Source: Diplonema japonicum (Eukaryota > Protista > Euglenozoa: Diplonemea). From it: a stretch of DNA of 64,000 nt. Positions within the stretch are counted from its first letter, which is position 1, and each line of letters opens with the position of its first letter. Position numbers and translations under genes: made by a program. The notes under the pieces were generated by a model. It had not been told where the DNA came from and searched no databases. It saw nothing but the letters and a program-made list of their open reading frames with translations. Of the stretch, positions 33,858 through 45,276 are shown in pieces. The stretch is taken from NCBI GenBank assembly GCA_964019335.1, contig OZ025675.1, positions 434,001 through 498,000 of the forward strand. The letters run 5' to 3'.

Positions 33858-34521
33858 TGGTAACCAAATAACTTTTTTCCACTCAAGTCTGTAAGCAGAA
33901 TTTCCACCACTGTTTACGGTAACCTACAACTTTTTTCCACTCAAATGGTTTATGTAAAAAATTTTCCACTCTCCACGGTAACCTATTTTTATTTCCACTA
34001 AACCATGTAAGTAAGAACTTTTTTTCCACCGTCCACGGAAACCCACAACTTTTTTTTTCCAACGTCCACGGTGGAGGTGTGTGTGCGGGAAAAACGTGTA
34101 GGCACAGCCAGAAAAAGACACCAAGAATTTCTCCTGGAAGTTGGCAAGGGCGATTTCAAATAAATGCAGCAACTTGTAAGAACCTTTAATACTCAACTGC
34201 TGCGCCACAACCACAATCACTCCTCGAAGTGCTGTCCCGGTTGTAGTCCCAGCCTTCAGGGTGGTCACCTATTTCTCTTAAAAGGTCTCTTTTCCTTTTC
34301 TTTTGCTATGACTTCATGTTTTGCCCCCCTCGCTACATTTCGTAGCGAACCCCAATGAGGCATAGAAATGTCGGAGGTTACCGTGGACGGTGGAAAAAAA
34401 GTTAGTGGTTGCATAAGGGAAATTGTTGGTGGTTACAGTAAAAAGTGGGAAAAAAGTTGTAGGTTACCGTGGATGGTGGAAAAAAAGTTGGAGGTTTAAG
34501 GCGACGGTGGAAAAAAAGTTA
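33858..34521. mobile_element. foldback/MITE-like element with inverted arrays of subrepeats
   Basis: Repeated AACTTTTTTCCAC and CCACGGTAACC on the left; GGTTACCGTGG and GTGGAAAAAAAGTT on the right. Confidence 0.65.
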
Positions 34522-34580
34522 TTTTTTTTTTTGAAAATATAACAAAAGAAAAAAATAATGTAAAACAAAAAAAAAAAAAA

Positions 34581-34897
34581 ACTCGATGGTTTAAAGGAAG
34601 CCGGTGGGGGCACCCTGCACAAGCACCATTTACTTGATTACAGGGGGCGCACCTCGGCCTAGCTGTAGCTTCTTCTGCGTTCCGCGTCGTGTCCTTAATG
34701 CGTGCGGCGCAGCTCAACCCCAGCCGGGGCGCCCCGGGTAACCAAGATTCTGAGCCCGTGTAGTTTGCTGCCTGTTCGCCACCCAGAGCATCTGCTTCTT
34801 CCACTTGGGCGCTACCGGTGATGACCGACGTGGAGGTCAACAGCGAACAACACATCTGATGTACTTCTTTATATTTCCATGTTATCCCCACCACCTG
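34581..34897 (-). mobile_element. SINE-like element, copy 3 (variant ACTCGATGG terminus)
   Basis: Aligns with 10944-11268. Confidence 0.8.
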
Positions 34898-35318
34898 AAA
34901 AAAGAAATGTTGGACGGACAAAAAACTCCCGGACGCGCACAGAAAATTTCGACGAATTCTTTATTCCCTCCCGCCAAGTTTATTCCCCTTTACATTTACA
35001 GCGCCCCAAACATATCATCAGTTTTACAGTATTTCTTTTTCTTCTTCTCTCCCTTTTATTCTTTTTCGCCCCCGATTCGAGAAACGGCTAATATTCTTGT
35101 ATCAACATATTTCCATCGGCAGCCATGCAAGCCATAGTTTTGTTTGTGCAATGCCCGTTTTCACCTACAGTAGAGACAACCGAACAAAGTTGCCTCTACT
35201 TTTTTGCAATGTTGTTATTGCATTCTTTTCAAAGTTTGTATATTTGTTCCAGCATAAAAAAAAAAAAAAAAAATGGGGGAAAATGAAACATGAATCAAGT
35301 TGGTCCAAGACCAAGTTT

Positions 35319-37202
35319 TCAGTACACATATTTCTTTCTTACAACAGGGGTTTTTGTGTCCAGTAGTTCAAAGAGTGCTGTGGCTAGCGGTTCATTAGAA
35401 TAGCCAGAGAGCAATTCAATAGCCTCCAGTTTCTTCTTCCCATCTTCAAAGCAGTCTCCTTGCAGGTACAGCTTCGCTGCCTCGTTGTACTTCACCCAGT
35501 GCTTCGCCACCGACTCCTCCAGTGCGTACATCCACTCCTGGTCAAGGGAATGTTGCGGCACGGGATGCTGTGCTCTCCTCACACGGCTGTGGGTACGACT
35601 CCTCCCTCCTGACCTTGGTGTCAAGCTGCATTGCTCAGCAGAGGGGGTATCAAGGTTTGTCGGTGGCGGTGATACAGGTGGTGACACCACACCCTCCTCA
35701 TGGATCACTGCCTCCCACAGAATGGCTTCCTTCTCTTGAGCATGCTTCACAAAGGTGACCGCTTTGAGGACAATGCGCATTTCTTGTGTGACAGAGGCGT
35801 CCATGTAGGCAGCAGTGTTGCACACAACCCCAATACCCCACTCCGCACCGAGCCTCTCGTACACAGATGTCAGGACAGATGCGTGCCCGAAGATGCTGAA
35901 CCGCCTCACCTCGTTGTTCCCAAGGTCCCCAGCCAGAACCTTCCCACCGCACACGGCCACGTTCACTTCCATTCCTTTTCCTTGTCTCAGTGTGGTTGCT
36001 GTCTTCACCGCCGCCACTGCGTGTTGCATGCAGCGTTTTGAAGCGTTGAACGAGGCGTGCACGTGGTCCCCGACGAACAGGTCCAGCATCCCCTTCTGTG
36101 CACGAACAGCGTGCAGTGCGAACCCGATCACCTTCGCGTGGAGGCGGCTGAACTCTGCGTGATCCGCTTCCGCTGCTGCGATCGAGTTCTTCATGTTCAT
36201 CACCAGCATGGTGGCCCTTGTGGGTGCGAGGGCATGATACAGCTTCTTAGAGGCATTGGACAGGTCCGACTGTATAGACGGTGTGAGCGCGTGTGACTCC
36301 GACTGTGACTGGCTGCGCGACTGTGTGCTCGTCCCTTCTTCGGAGCTCGCAGAGTCGTCGCCTCCCTGCAAACAGGACTGGGGGAGGTAAGGTTTATACG
36401 ACCGGAGGTTCACAAGAATGGTGTGAAGCGCTTCATGCAGCTTTTCGGGGAGGTCTTCCTTCGAAAGGTCGAGGTGGGCGTCTGCCTCTTCAAGCTTGAA
36501 CCCTGCAAGGAAGGAGGCCACGTCGCGTGCTGCAAGAACACCCAGTTCCAACTTCTGTTTTTCAGCGAGAACCTCGTTGGCGAAGCCTCTTGTGAAGTAG
36601 TAGTCGAGGAGGAAGATAACGATCATCAAGATAAAGCTGAGCCCGGTTTTTTTGAAACCCCGCGCGCAGGGGAGGTTGGTACAGTTACAGGTTTCCTCCC
36701 AACGATAGTCGTGGTCACCGTTGAAGTCACCATCACCTATGTCGAGGAGGCCGAAGCGGGATACCTGTTCGGTTGCGGAGAATACCAGCCAGAAGCAGAG
36801 CACTGAGATGACAACGATGGAGGACCTTGACTTGATCCTGCACACGAGGAACACATCGACGACAAGTACGCCAAGGGCCCACAACCTGGGCAGCATGGCA
36901 CCCATGTTGTTGAAATCTACTAATATGATGGCAATAAGGTCCGCGTACCCCACAAGCTCTATGAAGGTGTCGGAGGGCTTCTTGTTCACAAACAGCCACA
37001 CCAAGCCGAACCCGTTTCCTGCGCACACAATGACAGATCCCACGATTGCCGTTGTGAATTTAGTAACGTACGCACCCACGGCTCCCAGCACGAACGGGAC
37101 GAGGAAGAACCAGAGTAGAATCTGCTTCCTCTTCACCATCACCTCATCATCGTCTGGGAGGGCCAGCATGCTGCTTAGGCAGCTCTGCGATTTTCTCGAC
37201 AT
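35319..37202 (-). CDS. family A copy A2
   Basis: ATG at 37202 (MSRKSQ) chosen by alignment to LALPDDDEVM of paralogs; the upstream ORF extension is homopolymer. Confidence 0.88.
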   Translation of the reverse strand: MSRKSQSCLSSMLALPDDDEVMVKRKQILLWFFLVPFVLGAVGAYVTKFTTAIVGSVIVCAGNGFGLVWLFVNKKPSDTFIELVGYADLIAIILVDFNNMGAMLPRLWALGVLVVDVFLVCRIKSRSSIVVISVLCFWLVFSATEQVSRFGLLDIGDGDFNGDHDYRWEETCNCTNLPCARGFKKTGLSFILMIVIFLLDYYFTRGFANEVLAEKQKLELGVLAARDVASFLAGFKLEEADAHLDLSKEDLPEKLHEALHTILVNLRSYKPYLPQSCLQGGDDSASSEEGTSTQSRSQSQSESHALTPSIQSDLSNASKKLYHALAPTRATMLVMNMKNSIAAAEADHAEFSRLHAKVIGFALHAVRAQKGMLDLFVGDHVHASFNASKRCMQHAVAAVKTATTLRQGKGMEVNVAVCGGKVLAGDLGNNEVRRFSIFGHASVLTSVYERLGAEWGIGVVCNTAAYMDASVTQEMRIVLKAVTFVKHAQEKEAILWEAVIHEEGVVSPPVSPPPTNLDTPSAEQCSLTPRSGGRSRTHSRVRRAQHPVPQHSLDQEWMYALEESVAKHWVKYNEAAKLYLQGDCFEDGKKKLEAIELLSGYSNEPLATALFELLDTKTPVVRKKYVY

Positions 37203-38295
37203 TTTTTTTTTTCCCTCCCTTTTTTTTTTTTTAAAAAGTTGAAAATGTGTCATGCACAATGGGGAAAAAAATTACTATGATGAGTGCGGGGGGGGGGGGG
37301 GGAGAGAGAGAGAACAACAACCCATCATTTTAACATTTTAACATGCAGGCGCGTTTTCTTTTTTTTTGTTGGTGCACACGATAATCCTCGGAAGGAGGAA
37401 AAAAAAAAAAAAAACTCATAGTTAAAAGACAATCCCACTTTGAGGACAGCCTGTCTGAGCTCGTATCTATTGATGCTCCCCTTCTGGAGCATAGCCTTCG
37501 AAAAAAAAAAAAGAAAAAAGAAAAAAAGAAAAAAAAGGTTACTGGCCGTGCTGGGGGTAAAACCTGGAGAAGTTTGTAAAACCCGTAAACACGTTGCCAA
37601 CGTTCCCCTTCTTGTTTTAGACAAGTCAAAGACTCATTCTTGCGGAAAAAAAAAAAAAAAAAAAAAAAAAGGAAAAAATAATCCGCGTACGCCTCACCTC
37701 ACCATACCCAGGTATATTACAAACAAAAGTTGGGCCTCCAGCTCGAGGGGTGAACCACATATTTGCAAGGTCTACATTTATTCTTCTACTGATCCTTCCT
37801 CAAGGTGGCTGTTACCCGGTTCTGGTATTGAGTGACATGAAATTGTCAGGAGGCCCTATTAAGGCGGGGGAGGGGGTTCTTTTTTTTAAAAAAGATTGAA
37901 AAAGTGGGGGGAATAGGTTTTCAGGCGAATAGACACCGGTGCGAACAGCCAAAAAAAAAAAAGACATAAGTTATAAAAAAAACTTTTTTTTTTGTTGGTT
38001 CACTCGGCAAAATCCTGAAAGAAATAGTTTTTTTTTTTTTTTTTTTTATTTTTTTTTCTTTTTTTATTTATAATGAGTTAAAGGAGGTCTTTGTGAGACG
38101 CCCCCTTGTTTTTATTCACTCACCTGCATCTAAAAAAAAAAAGGCACATTTGGTTTTTAGAAAGATAACCGAGGGTGACAATTTAATCTGGCGATGCGCC
38201 AAAAAAAAAATAAAAGAGACGAGATAAAGAAAGTTCCTGTTTTTTTTTTTGGACCCCTTTGTCTCTACTTATCTACCCCTTTCCCCTTCTGGGGC

Positions 38296-38333
<38 letters not shown>

Positions 38334-38337
<4 letters not shown>

Positions 38338-38636
38338 GATCTATTTTTGCGGTGGACTGGTGCCTGTCACCTGGTGCCGCCCGTCGGGGTTTGCCTGTCC
38401 GTCATGGACGGCATCTGCGCTAAGAACATCTGTCGCAGTCCCTCCAAATAGGGAGCTGTTTGGGTTGACGAGAACAAGGGTCTCTTGTCGTAGCCATGCA
38501 CGAGGATGACAATGCATTGAGGATGTACCGCAGGCGTGCGGCTTTTTTCTTCAACAGACTGCCCCATGTTCCCCGTTTAAGGATATACCACGTCTTCTAG
38601 ACCTCGCCAGGGTAACACATGTCGTCGCTCTTTCCA
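38334..38636 (-). mobile_element. 5'-truncated non-LTR retrotransposon, family 2
   Basis: Minus-strand GYDKRPLFSSTQTAPYLEGL aligns with family-1 GWNRRAIFASPKTKHDLEAL. Confidence 0.68.
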
Positions 38637-38753
38637 AAAAAAAAAAAAAAAAAAAAAAAAGATTCCTTGGTTCGAGAAGGCAGGACGTGCCTCTTTTTGC
38701 ATTGCTTCGAAAGAGAATAAACCACGTGACCACTCTAAACCCGTCTGGATATA

Positions 38754-40088
38754 AAGGGGGGGCCCGAATAATTCCCCAAATAATTCTTTTTTTTTTTTCG
38801 GGGATTTTTCCGCTCCAAATTTCCCAAATAATTCCCGACCCCTTTCTTTTTTTTTTGGGGGGACCGGGGGGTGAGGGGGTCACATGGTAAGTCGTGCAAC
38901 GGGCTTTTCTCAGTCACGCCTGTGCAGGGTACTAGCCGACCTAACCCGTGTATACACCCCTTTTTTGACCAAAAACTCGATTTCCGCCTGGTTTTGGGCA
39001 CTTTTTGGGCACTTACGAGCAATTCTTTTGCATTTTGAACAGGGACCACGGGGGTTAGCACCTGGGGGTTATTGTGGGGGACTATTTTTCTTAACGCAAG
39101 AAGCTAGATGGTTCGTGATGAATGGTTCAAAATTTCATGGGATGGTACTTAGTTCGAAGGCGCTTTGTGGGTGGCCCGGGTGCTTCTGCGTTGCCGGAAG
39201 GGCACGTGGATTCATGTGTTGACAACTTATCTAGTATTTGCTTTCATGGCCCGCAATGTCAATGTTCCATTCTTGAGCAAGATCCCAAAGCTGTGCCGTA
39301 GCCCACTGGCAGTATTGTGAGGCTGCTTACGCAAGTAAGAGTGCTGGCCCGGCGAGCAAAAGGAAAAGTACGTATTGTGAGGCTGCTTCTGTGTGGCGCC
39401 GGCGATCCAGACCTCCCGCCATTTTGAGGGGTTAGGGGCTGCGGCAAGCAGCCGAGGCGGGACGTTGGTGATGACTGCAGCAGAGCGCCGAATCAACGTG
39501 GAACTGTGGGTAGGGCAGGCACATGAGAAAGCAACTGCTCGACACCTTTAGCTGTATGCGGTCCTGCGGCTACCTTCCAGGTAGTTCCGAGGAGACCATA
39601 CAGCTAAGGGCACTTAGCGAAGTAAGCACTTTGAAGGGGTCGGGCTTTAGACAGTGCAGCACAGAACGTAGTTGCGGGTGTTACAATGGACACTGCACCT
39701 GACGAGACTCCAGCAGCCCAAGCCCTTGCAGCTTCTCAAGCCCCGACAGATTCTCAAGCCTCTCAGACCCCTGCAACCTCCCAGCAACCACCTAACGCCA
39801 AAACCAGGCGGTCTGTCTGCAACGTTTGTGGGTTCTCCACAACCTGGGAGAAAAACTGTTTTAAAATTTCCCTTGGAAAAAAAAAGGGCATGAAAAAAAT
39901 CTTGGCACGATTTGGCATGTTAAGATTTCCGAAGTGCTCTAAGCCCCGCTCCCTGCTTTCCATGTGGCAGGCGACCCAGCCCAAATAAGTACAACCCAAA
40001 TAAGTGTATTCCAAATAATTCTTTTTTTTTTGGAGCCCTAACACCCCCCCTCCACTGCCCAAATAAAGGGATTATTCGGGGGGGCCTT
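38754..40088. mobile_element. non-autonomous TIR transposon, inverted copy of 11802-13280
   Basis: TA|AAGGGGGGGCCCGAATAAT...ATTATTCGGGGGGGCCTT|TA; colinear similarity. Confidence 0.82.
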
Positions 40089-41420
40089 TAGTAATTTTTT
40101 TTTTTCTTTTTATTTTTATTTATCGCTCGTTTTAAAATTTCTTTGGCCGGGTCTAGGTGCGTAACGACACCTCCCCTTAAGCGAGTAGCTTATGTCGGCA
40201 AAAGAAAAAGCCCCCCCCCCCTACCGTGAGGAAACGGGGCCAAGAGGTGGTGCCGCACAGGTTGCACTCACTCCAATGTGTAGTTTAACTATTTTTTTTT
40301 TTTTTTTTTCAAAACAAGACTCCTTTCAATGAATGAAGGGCTTTTGTTTCAAGGGAAAAAAAAAAAAAAGGAATTTCGGGAGAAGTTGTTTTCCCCAGCC
40401 CATCGCCCCTTTAGAACTGTTTGATCAGACGGGTTTAGAGATATGGAACGTTTTTATTTTCTTTGAGAAGTAAATGATATCATAAATAATAAAAAATAAA
40501 AATAAAAAATCAGTTCGCGTTGTCCTTCCTTTTAGTATTAAAAGTACTCATTTGCGCTTGTTGACAAAATTAATTTGTTAAACCTATCCTTTTTGCACTG
40601 TCGACTGCTTTTAAATACTGAATCGAGAAGATAAAAAAAAAGATTTCTTCCCCCCCCCTTTTTTTTTCTTTCTTTCTTCTTTCTTTTCTCGCAAAAAAAA
40701 AAAAAAAAACAACAAAAAAAAAAGAAACACAAATAAGAACGGGAAAAAAAAAAAAAAAAAAAAAACCTATAGCTGGCAAGGAGTGTATGATCCGCGAACA
40801 AATAGATCATTGTACGGGCAATAGGGCAAAAACTAGAGATGCACACTGGTGGGCAGAATGTGTGTATAACACATGTGAAAATCAATTAATAATTTTCTGG
40901 GTCTATAGTAGAAAAGAAATAGAAGATATATATAGGAGATGAAAGAGGCGAATCTTGGTGACGAACAAATATCTATTTTTGCTCGGCACAACTAAAAAAA
41001 AAAAAAATATTACCGTGAATTTGACACTTTCGTTCACAGCATTCGCAGCAAAATGAGAAACCCGTGTCATTTATAAAGTGTAAACAACAGGCAGACACTT
41101 CGGTGAACGTATTTTTTTTTTTTTTTTTTTTTTTTTCCAACCTTCCCCCCCCCCCTTTTTTTCTTCAGTTTAGTGTGGTCAGACCGACAAAACAGAAGTC
41201 CCGGAGGTTTTTGGTGTAAGTATATAGTATAGAAATATTTAAGCCCCCTTCAACCCCTTTTCTTGAAAGCCAGCGAAGAAAAAAAAAAGAAAAAGAAAAA
41301 AGAGGAACTGGCAGTTGTTTGTTTAGGCACAGTCCGAGAGGTCAACGTTCCCCTTTTGTTTATAGACAAGTCAAAACACTCGTTCTTGAAAGAAAAGAGA
41401 AAAAACAAGAAAAAAAAGAA

Positions 41421-41462
41421 AATTCACTATGATAGGAACGAAGTGGTTAGCAACGGCCCACC
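41421..41462 (-). mobile_element. 39-nt micro-retroposon copy
   Basis: One mismatch to consensus; A-tracts on both sides. Confidence 0.8.
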
Positions 41463-41778
41463 TTAAAAAAAAAAAAAAAAAAAAAAAAAAGAAGAAGAAT
41501 AACTTTTAAATATGCTCCGCAGTTACCTCAGGGGCAGTCCTCCTGGTTTAAACCGTCAATTTTCGCTGCTTAGTCCTTGGCTCTGATCTACACGCATTAA
41601 GAAAAAAAAAAAAAAGAGGAAAAAAAAAAAAAAACTAGTTTGGCGCTTCATTTGTTTGTGCGCACGAGCGGGATTCTATCTAATAAAATAGCTCATTACG
41701 CTGCCATCAACTAGTTTTTTAGTCTCGACAATAATATTGTTAAAACAAAAAAAGAGTCGGTTGATTGTTGTTTGTGCC

Positions 41779-41873
41779 GTGGCATTGTTGGGCTTATCCT
41801 TCTACAGGTTAATCCTGGTTTGTTTGTGCACAGCCGGGGTTAACCTGTAGAAGGATAAGCCCAACAATGCCAC
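41779..41873. repeat. 95-bp palindrome with a perfect 34-bp stem (mini-MITE)
   Basis: GTGGCATTGTTGGGCTTATCCTTCTACAGGTTAA / TTAACCTGTAGAAGGATAAGCCCAACAATGCCAC; right arm recurs at ~57744-57786. Confidence 0.85.
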
Positions 41874-41923
41874 CACTACTCTTTTTAGCAATACACAATT
41901 CATTATCAATATAAAAAATAATA

Positions 41924-42665
41924 GCTATTTATTAAATGAAAATCAGGTAGCCTGATTTCACGCGTGGGGTCCCCTTTTTGACGAGTAAAAAAACGAGTCA
42001 AAAAAGGGGACCCCACAAGTGAAATCATGCTCTGATTTTATTCAATACTGCATTTTATTTAATTCACTATGATAGGAACGAAGTGGTTAGCAACGGCCCG
42101 CCATTTAATGATGAGCTGCTCTCGAAAAGAATTTAGGTGCTAAGTGTGGCTTCGCTGCTGCCTGCTTGTAGCGGCGCAATGCGCGAGTCTTTACTGAACA
42201 CGGTACTGGGTTTGGTATGATCAATTCGGCGAATTGATGTTGACGTTTATGTCAAACGTGATTCTGTGCACTGCTGAAGAAAGTGGGCTGTGTCGAAGGG
42301 GGCAGGGCTGAAGGGGCGTGGGTTTGATCGAGTGGTAGGTGCAAAACCTCTCCCACTCCTTCTTGTAGGCTATTTTGCTTGCCGTTGGAAGCGTGTCTTC
42401 CATCACAGCTTTGGCCTCTTTCTCGAGGCTGATGCCCTTGGCTCGCTTCCCGGTCGCCTTCGGTTTTCTTCCCATTTTGCCAGAAATGACTGTGGGCGTG
42501 AAATAAAGTACCTGATTTTCACGCCCAGCAACGTTTGGCTTAAAAACATGAGGAAAAAACCAGATACTTTATTTCACGCCCAGGTCTGAGCGTGAAATAA
42601 AGTGAAACCTGATTTATATCTTCCGGCCTAAATTCTTTGAGAGAGCTGCTCAGAATTAAATAAAA
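41924..42665 (-). mobile_element. Crypton-like element, family 2, with both ends
   Basis: Terminal hairpin; ATTTAATGATGAGCTGCTCTCGAAAAGAATTTAGG inverted at ~42627-42665; ORF 42221-42475 EDTLPTASKIAYKKEWERFCTYH resembles the N-terminal helix of Crypton-type YRs. Confidence 0.72.
42064..42102 (-). mobile_element. 39-nt micro-retroposon with 7-bp TSD; empty site known
   Basis: ATTTAAT at 42057-42063 and 42103-42109; the paralogous site at ~14647 has a single ATTTAAT and no insert. Confidence 0.9.
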
Positions 42666-43398
42666 TAAAATAAAATAAAGAACAAAGATTGAGGAAGTAG
42701 TCTTTGGAACAAAGAGTCAGCTGATTTGCTAGCCGTTTTTTTTTTTTTCAACTCTTCCCCCCCCCCCTTTTTTTTTCTCTGTTTTGCAAACAAAACAACT
42801 AGAAAGAGAAACGGTGATGTGTGAGGGGTCAATCCCACTTGAGGACCATTTTTAGACAACAAAAAAAAAAAGAGGGGAAAAAAAAACGCAGGAAAGAAAG
42901 GATAAAGGGAAGTGGAACTGAAAGGAACATAAAAAAAGAAGAAGATGACGTGTTAATTGTTCACAGGGTCGTACTCAGCAGGTACTAGCGGTTTGGCTCG
43001 GGAAAAATAAGTAGTAGCCAGTCTTGGCAGGGGGGAAAGAAAGGTTGCGAAGCGAAGAAAATAGAAAAATAAAAGCTGCCGTTTATCTTTTGGTGGCGGC
43101 TTCGTTATTTTCTTTTCTTTTTTTTTTTTTTTTTGCTCGGTTCCCCCATCCCCATCCCCAATAAGAACCTTAGGTCAAAGAGGATTAAAAAGAAAAAAAA
43201 AAAAAAAGAATTAGAAAAGAAAGAAAAGAAGGAAAAAAAAAAAGGTGTGTTTCTTTTCTTCGCATTCTCACGGAGGTCTCGCTGTTGAAGCGAAGCGACT
43301 AATATATGAGTTAAAGGAAGTCTTTGTGAGACCCCCCCCTTGTTCTCATCTTCTACCTATCCCCTAACTAATGAGAAGTAATCGATTATAGCGCCATT

Positions 43399-45276
43399 TC
43401 AGTACACTTGTTGCCTTCTGACAATAGGGGTCTTCTTCCGTATCAAGTCGGCCAAGGAGTCGGCAACGGGCTCGTTCGTGTAGGTTTCCAAAAGATCAAG
43501 GGCCTCGTTCTTTGCCCCGCGCTCACCGAAACATTCTCCTTGCAGGTACAGTTTCGCTGCCTCGTTGTACTTCACCCAGTGCTTTGTCCGAGACTCGTCC
43601 AGTGCGTACATCCACTCCTGGTCAAGGTGGCCCTGCTGCTGTTGTTCACGTATCCTTCTAAGTGATGTTATGCTTGTTGGTGCGGGTTCGATTCCATTCA
43701 CAGCTGCCGCCGCAGACGGCGGGTTAACTGTTGGGGAAGCAGGTGGCGTCAGGAAGCCAGGTTCCCCGTCCCCCAATGCTTCCCACAGGACCACTTCCTT
43801 GGAGTGGCTGTGTTTCACCAAGGTGATAGCTTTTAGGACAATGCGCATCTCTAGCGTGACAGATGCATCCATGTAAGCTGTGGTGTTGCACACAACCCCA
43901 ATGCCCCACTCCGCACCGAGCCTCTCGTACACAGATGCCAGTACTGCCGCGTTCCCCATGATGCTGAACCGCCTCACCTCGTTGTTCCCAAGGTCACCCA
44001 CCAGAACCTTCCCACTGCACGCGGCCACGTTCAATTCCACTCCTTTTTCCAATCTTGCTTGTTTCAGTGTGGTTGCTGTCTTCACCGCTGCCACTGCGTG
44101 TTGCATGCAGCGTTTTGACGCGTTGAACGAGGCGTGCACGTGGTCCCCGACGAACAGGTCCAGCATCCCCTTCTGTGCACGAACAGCGTGCAGTGCGAAC
44201 CCGATCACCTTCGCGTGGAGGCGGCTGAACTCAACGTGATCCACCTCCGCTGCTGCGATAGAGTTCTTCATGTTCATCACCAGCATGGTGGCCCTGGCAG
44301 GGGCAAGCACATGCATCATCTTCGATGCTGTGGACACGTCGGACATTACTGATGTGCTGTGTGCTGTGTGAGACTCCGACTGCGTGTGCGAGGCAGTGTG
44401 GGAGTGCGTGCTCTCCTCGTCGGAGCTGTCAGAGTCACCGACACGAAGACAAGACTGCGGGAGGTAAGGTTTATACGACCGGAGGTTCACAAGAATGGTG
44501 TGAAGCGCTTCGTGAAGTCTTTCGGGGAGGTCTTCTTTCGAAAGGTCGAGGTGGGCGTCTGCCTCTTCAAGCTTGAACCCTGCAAGGAAGGAGGCCACGT
44601 CGCGTGCTGCAAGAACACCCAGTTCTAATTTCCGTTTTTCAGCGAGAACCTCTTCAGCGAAGCCTCTTGTGAAGTAGAAGTCGAGAAGGAAGATGGTCAT
44701 CATGACAAAGAAGGTGAGCCCGACACTGGAGGCCTTCCTGCTGCACGGCATGTTGTCACAGCCGCACACCTTTTCCAAGCGGGTGTCGTGGTCACCGTTG
44801 AAACCACCGTCGCCGATGTCGAGGAGGCCGAAGCGGGTGGCGTCCTCGGTGCTGGTGATGATGAGCCAGAGGCAGAGGATTGCAAGGATGATGATGGAGG
44901 ACCTTGACCGTATCCTGCACACGAGCATCACATCGATGACGATGACAGTGAGAGCCCACAACCTGGGTATCATGGAACCCATCGAGTTCAGATCTGTGAA
45001 GATGATGGCAACGAGGTCCGCGTACCCCACAAGCTCTATGAAGGTGTCGGAGGGCTTCTTGTTCACAAATAGCCACACCAAGGCCATGATGTTGGTACCA
45101 GCTGACACATATGAGGCGATCTGCCCAGAGGTGACCGAGGTGACGAAAATCCCTGTCGCACCCAACAATAAAGGTATGATGAAGAACCAAATAAGGATCT
45201 TCTTTCGCTTGACCATCACCTCATCGTCGTCGGGGAGGGCGAGCTTGCTGACAAGCCATTTGTGCAGCGACCACAT
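43399..45276 (-). CDS. family A copy A3
   Basis: 625-aa intact ORF with family motifs. Confidence 0.9.
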   Translation of the reverse strand: MWSLHKWLVSKLALPDDDEVMVKRKKILIWFFIIPLLLGATGIFVTSVTSGQIASYVSAGTNIMALVWLFVNKKPSDTFIELVGYADLVAIIFTDLNSMGSMIPRLWALTVIVIDVMLVCRIRSRSSIIILAILCLWLIITSTEDATRFGLLDIGDGGFNGDHDTRLEKVCGCDNMPCSRKASSVGLTFFVMMTIFLLDFYFTRGFAEEVLAEKRKLELGVLAARDVASFLAGFKLEEADAHLDLSKEDLPERLHEALHTILVNLRSYKPYLPQSCLRVGDSDSSDEESTHSHTASHTQSESHTAHSTSVMSDVSTASKMMHVLAPARATMLVMNMKNSIAAAEVDHVEFSRLHAKVIGFALHAVRAQKGMLDLFVGDHVHASFNASKRCMQHAVAAVKTATTLKQARLEKGVELNVAACSGKVLVGDLGNNEVRRFSIMGNAAVLASVYERLGAEWGIGVVCNTTAYMDASVTLEMRIVLKAITLVKHSHSKEVVLWEALGDGEPGFLTPPASPTVNPPSAAAAVNGIEPAPTSITSLRRIREQQQQGHLDQEWMYALDESRTKHWVKYNEAAKLYLQGECFGERGAKNEALDLLETYTNEPVADSLADLIRKKTPIVRRQQVY

